Below, one piece after another: positions 1 through 7,615 of a stretch of 64,000 bases of DNA (positions within the stretch are counted from its first letter, which is position 1; each line of letters starts with the position of its first letter). The DNA is taken from assembly GCA_046290225.1 (NCBI GenBank), contig JBKAGE010000002.1, forward strand, positions 33,392-97,391. Reading direction: 5' to 3'. Source of the stretch: Bradymonadia bacterium. GTDB lineage: Bacteria; Myxococcota_A; Bradymonadia; UBA7976; UBA1532. The notes under the pieces are model-generated. The model did not search any database. It worked only from the letters and a program-made list of their open reading frames with translations, and had not been told where the DNA came from. The position numbers and the translations under genes were made by a program.

Positions 1-166
1 CTGGTGCTTCTTCGGGAGCACCCTCATCCGCGCCGATGTCCACCGCTGCGTCCACAGAGGCGTCTGGCCTAGCCTGCACAGCCTCTGCGGCCGTGTCATC
101 GTTGGACTCTGTGCAGCCGAGGGTCGTGGTCAGAGCGACGAGCATGCAGGTGATGGTGTATTTCAT
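1..166 (-). CDS. Lipoprotein, N-terminal part only (runs off the window edge)
   Basis: Own translation MKYTITCMLVALTTTLGCTESNDDTAAEAVQ...; GAGGAGG RBS upstream; lipobox LGC followed by acidic linker. Confidence 0.7.
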   Translation of the reverse strand, partial: MKYTITCMLVALTTTLGCTESNDDTAAEAVQARPDASVDAAVDIGADEGAPEEAP

Positions 167-254
167 AGGGCCTCCTCTGTAATGATTTGTTCTGTATAGG
201 CGATGACTGATGTGCAAGCGGTCAGCAATGCTCTTGGCAACGTGCACAGCACGT

Positions 255-1403
255 TCACTCCACAGTGAGACCCTGCTGCTCTACGATGAAGTCGAAGGCA
301 AGTTCGTTGAGCGTGCGTCCCTCGAACTCAGCGTTCCACTGTCCGTGCCCAACCCCCTCCAAGGGGTGGAACGCGTAGGGCACGCCGGTCTCTTCGTAGT
401 GCGCTTGTAGGGTTTCGGCCATCTCGAAGGGCACAGTGGAGTCGCGGGTGCCGTGGGCGATGGAGATGGGGGCATCTGTTTCATCGAAGTGTGTATGACC
501 ATGCATCATGGTCAGCATATCGAGCACGCCGGTGCCGCCCCAGTTGTCGATGACCGTGGCCACTTTCGAAGATTGCTCCAGGTGCGTACTCGCCAGCGTC
601 GGATCTTCCTCGACGCTCAGCTCGTCTACGCAATCCCCTTCACGGCTGACACCGATGGTGATGCTGAGGTTCGCCCCTGCGGAGCCTCCATAAGCGGTGA
701 TGTAGTCGGGGTTGATGCCGAGCTGATCGGCGTTCGCCCTGATCCACCGCACAGCGGCTTTGGCATCTCAACACGCTGGGTAGAGAGCCCGAAACCGGTC
801 TGCGTGCGTCGGGCTCAGCTCAGGAATCACCGGATAGTCGTCGGGGAGCGTGCCGCAGTCTTCGACGAGCCGATAGTTCACCGAGAATGCCATCCACCCC
901 TGGGCGGCAAAGTCCCGCGCCGCGCGCACGATGGGGGCGTGAGTGGAGTCGTTGAACTCGAATCCGCCACCATGGAACAAGACGATGACGGGCATTGGGG
1001 TGTCGCTCTCTCTCACAGGCGCATACCCGTCGAGGGTCAGATCGATGGTCTCTCGCGCGTCGGACCCCCAATCGGCGTGACTCAAGGCCTGACCGTAGGT
1101 GATGCCTTCGAGCGTCTGCACTTCGAACTGCGGATCGACATAGACTGAAGCAACCTTTGACTCGGCCGGCTCCACCATGCCTCCGGCGCCATCGTGGACC
1201 CTGCCCCCGCTGTCTTCGTCGTGCCCGCCCTCGGTGGTGCCTTCTCCGCCCATGTCGTCACCTCCATCACTCTGACCTCCTGCACCTCCGGCATTGGCAG
1301 GCGTGTCTGAAGTGTCGGCCTCACCATCACACCCTGTGAGAGTGCTCAGCAGCAGGCTCAGGTAGGCAATGTGTGACACGGCTCGACGGGTGGGATGGGT
1401 CAT
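255..1403 (-). pseudogene. Lipoprotein alpha/beta-hydrolase (esterase/lipase) interrupted by one in-frame TGA at 768-770
   Basis: ORFs 768..1403 and 255..752 share a frame: YPAC*DAKAAVRWIRANA; HGGGF, GGSAG, and C-terminal HGTRD/GVGH motifs; lipobox LTGC. Confidence 0.8.
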
Positions 1404-1566
1404 CTCAACGATCTCCTCGGGCTCGGTACATTTCGCCGAGTGATCGTTTCACATTCTGTGCCAGCTCCCTCTCAGGGACAAACACCCCAGCAACTCGGCT
1501 CACACTGTCAAGCAAGCCTGACACTCTGGTCCGCATGTGGTGCCAAGGAGAGTTGGCGGCACAGGC

Positions 1567-1893
1567 TCAGCTCACGTCTTCCTGTAGTTGGTCCCACACC
1601 CGACGGAGCCGGGAGGGGCTACCGATGCCGCCAACGGCCAGACGACTCGTCTCTTGCTCCTCTGCCATAGCCTCCACAAGGCGCACGGGCACAGCGATGC
1701 ACTCGCCCTGCTGAGCCCGCAGATCGGCCTCGATGATGTCGTGGCAAAGGTAGACTGTGCGATTGCAGCGATGGCAGGCCCGCTGTCGAGGCTCGTCGGT
1801 GGGGGTCAGCTGGGCCCAGGTGAGCGGGCAGCGAAAGGTCATCTCCAGCCGCTCGGGCTGACCACAGTTGAGCATGCTACGTTCTTTGCTCAT
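1567..1893 (-). CDS. Small Cys-motif hypothetical protein (CPxxW...CxxC...C), like domains seen at C-termini of TIGR02996-type proteins
   Basis: FRCPLTWAQLTPTDEPRQRACHRCNRTVYLC; start chosen after GGGGGAGAG RBS. Confidence 0.6.
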   Translation of the reverse strand: MSKERSMLNCGQPERLEMTFRCPLTWAQLTPTDEPRQRACHRCNRTVYLCHDIIEADLRAQQGECIAVPVRLVEAMAEEQETSRLAVGGIGSPSRLRRVWDQLQEDVS

Positions 1894-1953
1894 CTCTCCC
1901 CCCAACCTCGCAGGAACTTCGTGACTCTCGCTGCGGCAGCAGCCTTCGCTCGC

Positions 1954-2001
1954 AAGAGAGTTTAGGGCAAGGGCAAGGGCGGGGGCACGGGCAAGAGTCG
2001 A
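1954..2001 (+). repeat. Degenerate solo arm of the (GGGCAC)n inverted-repeat element seen at 63.55 kb
   Basis: AAGAGAGTTTAGGGCAAGGGCAAGGGCGGGGGCACGGGCAAGAGTCGA versus AAGAGAGTTTGTCGGGCACGGGCACGGGCACGGGCACGAGTTGA. Confidence 0.6.
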
Positions 2002-2237
2002 AATACCATTTTCGGTTGATGCATCGGTCATGTTCGGTGAAGGTGGTAGCGCTGTACGCCCGAGGCCACCACGCTTGTCGGAATCCATACCAAACAAGTC
2101 GTCAACTCACCTGTCGGGCTGAGTTCGATTCGGTCAGTATGTCTTCACGGTTCGGCGAGCACTTCTGAACGACGAGCCGACCCAGAACACACAGTGATGT
2201 CGTTGAAACATCACATACTCGACGATGGAGGCATCCC

Positions 2238-2969
2238 ATGAACTTCTCGAACATGTTCCTCACCAGCAGCATCTTCTTCGCCAGCATCTGTGGGGCCACC
2301 GCCGCCCACGCCGACAGCCCGACACAGGCCACACGGATCCCGATGACTGCTGTTGATGGGCAGCTTGCGGATCTGCTCGGTCAGGCAGGGCCTCTCGTTA
2401 AAAAAACCGAGCCAAAGACTACCGCCTGGTTCGGTCTGCGGTCCCACGATGCAGCGAAGCGCAACCATGTCGCCATCGTGGACTTCTTCACGGATGAGAC
2501 TGGCCGCGCCGCACACTTCGGTGGCCAGGTTGCGGGCCTGCTGAAGCAGAAGGCCCCCACCATCGTGAAGGACGCCTGGAACGACGGCGTACTCAAGCAT
2601 GTCGAAAACAGTACCGTCCTCTCTCATGTACGCCGTGGCAACGTCAGTGACTCCAAGCTGGCCGTAGCCATTGCCTTCAAGGCGCTGCCCGGAAAGGAGA
2701 AAGCTGTGGAAGCGTTCCTCGTCAACGCTGCGAAGACCGTGGAGAGCACCGAGCCTGGCACCCTCTTCTGGGTCTCGCTCAAAGTCGCAGAGGGCACCTA
2801 CGTGATCTTCGACACCTTCGCTGATGGTGCAGGTGCTGACGCCCACTTCGCCGGCAAGGTGGCTGCGGCGCTCAAGAACGGCGGCGCTGATCAGCTGCTT
2901 CAGGGCGGCTGGGCCAATGGGGTGCTCGCCAACGTCGAGAAGTTCGAGGTGTTGTCGCACAACTTCTGA
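2238..2969 (+). CDS. Secreted protein with two tandem ABM (antibiotic biosynthesis monooxygenase/dimeric alpha-beta barrel) domains
   Basis: Signal peptide ending AHA-D; duplicated TEPxT..W...I.DxFxD..G..AHF.G.VA..L repeat; GGAGG RBS. Confidence 0.8.
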   Translation: MNFSNMFLTSSIFFASICGATAAHADSPTQATRIPMTAVDGQLADLLGQAGPLVKKTEPKTTAWFGLRSHDAAKRNHVAIVDFFTDETGRAAHFGGQVAGLLKQKAPTIVKDAWNDGVLKHVENSTVLSHVRRGNVSDSKLAVAIAFKALPGKEKAVEAFLVNAAKTVESTEPGTLFWVSLKVAEGTYVIFDTFADGAGADAHFAGKVAAALKNGGADQLLQGGWANGVLANVEKFEVLSHNF

Positions 2970-3000
2970 GCGGACGGCCGTGCCTTCACGGCGTCCGTCA
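2966..3000 (+). repeat. Solo REP-like hairpin of the same family as the 40.8-kb array, between convergent genes
   Basis: CTGAGCGGACGGCCGTGCCTTCACGGCGTCCG matches array unit GAGCGGACGACCGTGCCTTC and folds on itself. Confidence 0.6.
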
Positions 3001-3009
3001 CCCCGCTGC

Positions 3010-3918
3010 TCACCCCACGAGCGCCAGCCTCTGCTTCGCCACGCCAATCTCCGCCACCTGCCCCCAGCCGAAGTCCAAGTGGTCTTCCTCGATGCCATCA
3101 CCGAAGATGCGGCCACCCTCGTTGAAGTTCGAGCGGATGCTCAACGGCATCACCCCATCTACCCTGCCTCCCGTGATGCTCGTGCCCGTGGCCACGCTCG
3201 GGAACGGCTCCCGCACCATGAAGGCCAGCCACGGATCCGATGGTTCCGGCAGGAGTGGTGGGCAGCTGCGCTGGCCGCAAATCGAGCGGGCCCAGCCCGT
3301 GGCCCCCGTGCCCGTGGCCACGATGAGGCCTGAAGATGAGTGGGCCTCTGAGTGCGCCCCCCAGGTAATCTCGTAGCGCGACGACTGGTGGCTGCGGTGA
3401 CCGATGAACAGCTCATTGAGGGCCACGAGGCGCTGGCCGCCCTTCTCGGGGCCGCCGTCGAGATCCACCTGCACCATCGTACGCTCCGTGGGCAGCAGCT
3501 CGCCGCGAACCACCGGCTCGAGCATCTTTTCTGCCTCTCGGGGGCCGTGGGCCACCAACACCCCGTCGAAGCGATCAGGTGACGGGTTCACTCCGATGAC
3601 CGATTGCCCCTCGAGGTATTTGGCCACGTTGGCCACCAGGCCGTCCTGTCCCACCACCACCACCGTATCGTCCGGCTCGAAGAGGAACCGGTCGAGATCG
3701 GCTCGATCCACTTTGCTGCGACGCCACGACAGTGGGATCGCGTTCAAGATGCGCTTCACCGCCCCGAGCTGGCTCCAGTAGGCCTCCATGACAGCCTTGA
3801 GCGACTGCCCGCGGGACTTCAGGAAGAACTCTGCTGCTTGGGCGGTGCCGTGTTGGGCCACCAGCCGCTCGTAATCGCTGGGTCGGGTCACGAGGACCAC
3901 TCGGGGCATGATGGCCAT
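3010..3918 (-). CDS. NAD kinase-like protein
   Basis: VVGQDGLVANVAKY, ALNE, SSSG..VATGTGATGW motifs of the NAD kinase fold; third gene of operon. Confidence 0.8.
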   Translation of the reverse strand: MAIMPRVVLVTRPSDYERLVAQHGTAQAAEFFLKSRGQSLKAVMEAYWSQLGAVKRILNAIPLSWRRSKVDRADLDRFLFEPDDTVVVVGQDGLVANVAKYLEGQSVIGVNPSPDRFDGVLVAHGPREAEKMLEPVVRGELLPTERTMVQVDLDGGPEKGGQRLVALNELFIGHRSHQSSRYEITWGAHSEAHSSSGLIVATGTGATGWARSICGQRSCPPLLPEPSDPWLAFMVREPFPSVATGTSITGGRVDGVMPLSIRSNFNEGGRIFGDGIEEDHLDFGWGQVAEIGVAKQRLALVG

Positions 3919-3921
3919 GGC

Positions 3922-4965
3922 TCAGCGCCCTCCTCTGGGCCTCTCGGCAGGGGCTTCCAGACGCTGGGTGCCTGCTTCCATCAGGCGGGTGAGCATCGGG
4001 CCCAGAGCGTCAGGGGCCAGGTTGAGGTGATCGATGCTCTTGAGCTTGCCGGCGAGCTCTCGGGCGGCGAGGCCCATCATCACCGAGGTGGGCAGCTCTT
4101 TGTAGATGTCCATGCGGGTCTGCTCTGCCTCGACGCGGGCGTGCTCCACCTGGCGGATTTGATCCGCCCGTGCCTCGGCTTCGACGCGGGTGCGAGCCGC
4201 CTGGGCGTCCACCTTGATCTGCTCCGCCTGGGCTTCTTCTTCGGCGCGGCGCCGATCGTTCTGGCCGCGCTGCTCGATGAGCTGCTCCTCGCGACGGGCG
4301 AGCTCGATGCGGTTCTGCAGCTCGTTCTCGGCGATGGCCCGCTCTTTCTCCACCGCCAGAGCCCGCCGTTGGAAGGTGGCCTCGTCGGCGTCTTGCTGGA
4401 TCGCCTCCCGGGTGGGCGTCTGCAGCGCTTTGTCGAGCTCCATCGTGGGGCGCACGTCGGCCATGCGAACCTCGACGACCTCGATGCCCATCTCGGTGAG
4501 CGTGGGGTGGCCGATCAGGCCCTCGGCGATGCGACTCTGCAACACCTCGACCCCCTCGGCGAGCAAAGCCCGCACGCTGAGGTTGGCCACGTGACGCAGG
4601 GCCAGCTGCTGGGCCATGCCCGTGAGCAGGGCGTCCACCTGCTCGATGGGGGTCTTGGTGTAGACGCCGCGCTCGAGATCGAGGGAGAAGTCGATGCGCC
4701 CTCCCACCCGCTCGGGATCAGCCACGCGCCACACGCATACACCCTGCACCGTGGCGTCCTGGAAATCTTTCGAGCGCCCGTGGAACAGCAGGTGAACGTC
4801 GCGGTCGTCCATGGGGATCTCGGCGATGCTCGAGGACATGGGCCAGAACCAGAAGGCGAGGCCGCGGCCGCTGGCCTTGAGGCGACCCTTGCCGTAGCGG
4901 AGCACATGGCAGCTGGGCTCGCTGCGCAGATGTCGGAAGCCGAAGAGCTTGCTGATCTCGGCCAT
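3922..4965 (-). CDS. SPFH/band-7 (flotillin-like) protein
   Basis: N-terminal SPFH-like region followed by long Ala/Glu/Arg coiled coil. Confidence 0.85.
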   Translation of the reverse strand: MAEISKLFGFRHLRSEPSCHVLRYGKGRLKASGRGLAFWFWPMSSSIAEIPMDDRDVHLLFHGRSKDFQDATVQGVCVWRVADPERVGGRIDFSLDLERGVYTKTPIEQVDALLTGMAQQLALRHVANLSVRALLAEGVEVLQSRIAEGLIGHPTLTEMGIEVVEVRMADVRPTMELDKALQTPTREAIQQDADEATFQRRALAVEKERAIAENELQNRIELARREEQLIEQRGQNDRRRAEEEAQAEQIKVDAQAARTRVEAEARADQIRQVEHARVEAEQTRMDIYKELPTSVMMGLAARELAGKLKSIDHLNLAPDALGPMLTRLMEAGTQRLEAPAERPRGGR

Positions 4966-4992
4966 GATGACCTCCTTGCTCCGCGATTGGGG

Positions 4993-5724
4993 TTACACGG
5001 CGGAGCGGTGTGTGAATCGATACAACTCCGCAGGTCGGTGACCCACGGCGGATTCGCGTAAACCGGTGGGCGTCAGCTCACCTGAGGCGAGCATGCGACG
5101 CCGGAAAGAGTCTTTGTTGAGCGGGCGACCGAGGATGGCCTCGTGTACGCCCTGCAAGGCCCGCAGCGTGAAGGTCTCCCCGAGGAACTGGTACCCGATG
5201 GGGGTGTAGGCCAGCTTCCCGCGCAGCCGCTTCACCGAGAGGGCGATCATCTCCTCGTGATCGAAGGCCAGGGACACGGGCCCCTCGGGGCCCCTGATGA
5301 TCACCGGGCCGCCTTCTTCACCTGCCCAGGGCACCTCGATGTCCCACGCCCGACGCTTGTCGTTGCCCTCGGGCATACGCTCAGGTGCCACGAGGGCCAC
5401 ATAGGCCACGGAGATGACCCGCATACGCGGATCTCGCCCCGGCGCCCCGAAGGTGTAGAGCTGCTCGAGGTAGACATCGGTGATGCTGCCCTTGGCAGCG
5501 AGCAACCGCGCCGCAGCCACCTCGAGAGGCTCCTCCACACGAACAAAACCACCGGGCAACGCCAGCCGCCCACGCAAAGGCAGCTGCTCTCGTTCCGCGA
5601 GCAACACCTGCAACCCCCCCTCATCAACGGTGAGGATCACGAGATCGACCGCTACGGAGGGGCGGTCGAAGTGATTGGGGTCGTAGGCCTCTAAATAGGC
5701 CAGCTCTTCGTCCTGGGGACTCAC
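4993..5724 (-). CDS. nrtR: NrtR-family Nudix/wHTH transcriptional regulator
   Basis: RPSVAVD, LPGGFV, LEQLYTFG.PGRDPR, LAFDH, C-terminal wHTH with HRPAELYRF. Confidence 0.88.
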   Translation of the reverse strand: MSPQDEELAYLEAYDPNHFDRPSVAVDLVILTVDEGGLQVLLAEREQLPLRGRLALPGGFVRVEEPLEVAAARLLAAKGSITDVYLEQLYTFGAPGRDPRMRVISVAYVALVAPERMPEGNDKRRAWDIEVPWAGEEGGPVIIRGPEGPVSLAFDHEEMIALSVKRLRGKLAYTPIGYQFLGETFTLRALQGVHEAILGRPLNKDSFRRRMLASGELTPTGLRESAVGHRPAELYRFTHRSAV

Positions 5725-5737
5725 AGGCTCTCCTTAG

Positions 5738-5780
5738 ATGCACACAACATATATGCACAGCACATTTATGCAAAAAGCAT
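5738..5780. promoter_or_regulatory. Three tandem imperfect palindromes ATGC-N5-RCAT (15-bp period), candidate NrtR operator array
   Basis: ATGCACACAACAT 5738-5750, ATGCACAGCACAT 5753-5765, ATGCAAAAAGCAT 5768-5780, just upstream of nrtR. Confidence 0.55.
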
Positions 5781-5896
5781 TTAACTTAGATGAGCGAGAT
5801 TGGGTACTTACGAAGCCGCCCGCCCAAAGTGTAAATTAACCACGAAGCAATTTGGAGGCCGCCGGGCGGCAGCCGAGAAGGCAGGATCAGGCGCCT

Positions 5897-6415
5897 CTAC
5901 TTCATGTTGAACTTGTCGGGCAGCTGCTTGTAGGTCCGGCTGGGGTTGAGGAACATCCGACCAGCGATGAGGGGGTTGAAGCCGGTGTCACCCTTGACGC
6001 CCTCGAACATGGTGCTGCCCCCGGACATGACCACGGACTCAGCAGTGGCCTTGAGCCGAGCGGCGAGCTCGATGGCTGCCCTGGGGTGGATCTCTTTCAG
6101 GGTGGTGCGCTTCTTCTGAGTGGCAGAGGTGTGGCCGCTGCTCTTGGAGATGGCCCTGGCCAGCGCCTCGGGGTTGGCCTTGGCGAGGTGCCCCACGGTG
6201 GTGATGCCCGCCTGCCTGAGCGTGGTGACCACCGAGACCGTGTTGAGGGTGACCTCGAGGCCCTTCTTGCCCGACCCCAGGATCCCGGCGTCAAGCGTGA
6301 CCGTGGCCGATGGCTCTTTGTTTGTGATGGTGAACTTCTCGTCGGCCTTCTTCTGGGCGATGGCAACGGTGGTGCTCATGGCGATGGCGGCGAGCACACT
6401 CAGCAGCAACTTCAT
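5897..6415 (-). CDS. Secreted basic hypothetical protein
   Basis: Signal peptide MKLLLSVLAAIAMSTTVAIA; GGAGG RBS. Confidence 0.7.
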   Translation of the reverse strand: MKLLLSVLAAIAMSTTVAIAQKKADEKFTITNKEPSATVTLDAGILGSGKKGLEVTLNTVSVVTTLRQAGITTVGHLAKANPEALARAISKSSGHTSATQKKRTTLKEIHPRAAIELAARLKATAESVVMSGGSTMFEGVKGDTGFNPLIAGRMFLNPSRTYKQLPDKFNMK

Positions 6416-6480
6416 GGAGTCCTCCCTCTCTGATGTAGAGAGAGGCGTATGTGGGTGGCGCGCTGCTGTCAACGACAGCT

Positions 6481-7503
6481 TCACTTCGCCTTGGCCAGCC
6501 CCATCACCACCGACTCCATCCCCACCACCACCCGGGACATGCGATCGAAGTCCAGGCGATCGGGTGTGTCGGTGGGCTCGTGGTAGTGGGCCGTGCGGAA
6601 GAAGGCCGTGTCGGTGACCATGATGCCCTTGTAGCCTGCCTGCCAGAACGACCAGTGGTCGCTGAAATCGACGCCTCGCAAGGATGCGGGCGCCGTGAGC
6701 ACCTCCGAGGGGAACTGCGCAGCGTCTCGGAACAGGCCGATGGCCTCTCGGGCGAGCTCTCGAGAGCCGAGATCGGCGACGAAGGCGATGAAGTCACCGC
6801 GATCGGGATAGAGCCCGCCGATGAGAGGCGGATAGCTCTGGCTGCCTTCTTCGGTGGTGTACGTACCCAGCATCTCGAGTGAGATCATGGCCACCACCTG
6901 CTCACCGGCCTTGGCGAGCTCACGAGCGTAGACGAGGCTGCCCATGTGCTCGGTCTTGAAGAACGGGGGCTCCTCGTTGACGAAGGCCACGAAGCGGATG
7001 GTCCGCTCAGGCTGCTTCTCTTTGAGGCGTCGGGCCAGCTCGAGCATAGCGGCAGTGCCCGTGGCGTTGTCGTCGGCACCAGGGGTGCCGGGCACAGTGT
7101 CGTAGTGACCCCCCACGACGATGACCTCTTTGGGTTTCTTGGTGCCTTTGAGTGTGGCGTCGATGTTGTAGACTGTGTGCTCCCCGCCTCCGTCCACCGG
7201 GCTGATGAAGGGCCGCTTCTCCGCGGTGTAGCCCAATTTTCCGAACCGCTGGACGATGAAGTCTTCTGCCTGCTTGAGCGCCTTGGGGTGGGTGACGTCC
7301 CGAGGACCGATGGTGACCGAGAGCGTGGTCGTGTCGGCCTTCAACCGGCCTGCAGTGGCCACGTGATCGGCACTCGGCGCTGGCAAGGCCTTGCCGCTGG
7401 GGAAGCTCTCACCAGGGGCCGCAGACAACCACACACCAAAACCGATGCCGCCGCCGATCAGCACAACGGACAGAGTGGCGATGATTTTCAGTAGACGTTT
7501 CAT
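6481..7503 (-). CDS. M28-family metallopeptidase
   Basis: GGHYDT, PGADDNATG, FVNEEPP, SLEM, SDHWSF, HYHEPTD. Confidence 0.9.
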   Translation of the reverse strand: MKRLLKIIATLSVVLIGGGIGFGVWLSAAPGESFPSGKALPAPSADHVATAGRLKADTTTLSVTIGPRDVTHPKALKQAEDFIVQRFGKLGYTAEKRPFISPVDGGGEHTVYNIDATLKGTKKPKEVIVVGGHYDTVPGTPGADDNATGTAAMLELARRLKEKQPERTIRFVAFVNEEPPFFKTEHMGSLVYARELAKAGEQVVAMISLEMLGTYTTEEGSQSYPPLIGGLYPDRGDFIAFVADLGSRELAREAIGLFRDAAQFPSEVLTAPASLRGVDFSDHWSFWQAGYKGIMVTDTAFFRTAHYHEPTDTPDRLDFDRMSRVVVGMESVVMGLAKAK

Positions 7504-7615
7504 GAAGAGCTCCTCCAGACGCGCTCGGGCTGAGCCCGATGTTCATAGCAGATCCGAAGCCCAGATCGTCGAGGGTCGTGGTACATCGATCCCCGTGAAA
7601 AGATCTGTGCGCAAC

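Noticed and set aside
255..1403. Genome-wide TGA recoding or a selenoprotein esterase
   Set aside because: Many genes here end at TGA, and the interrupted position is not a catalytic Cys site.
3604..5061. Long antisense ORFs (also 14035..15438, 16169..17752, 20839..22386, 26834..28564, 36153..37916, 39672..40913)
   Set aside because: Shadow frames of well-supported genes, expected at high GC; no motifs.
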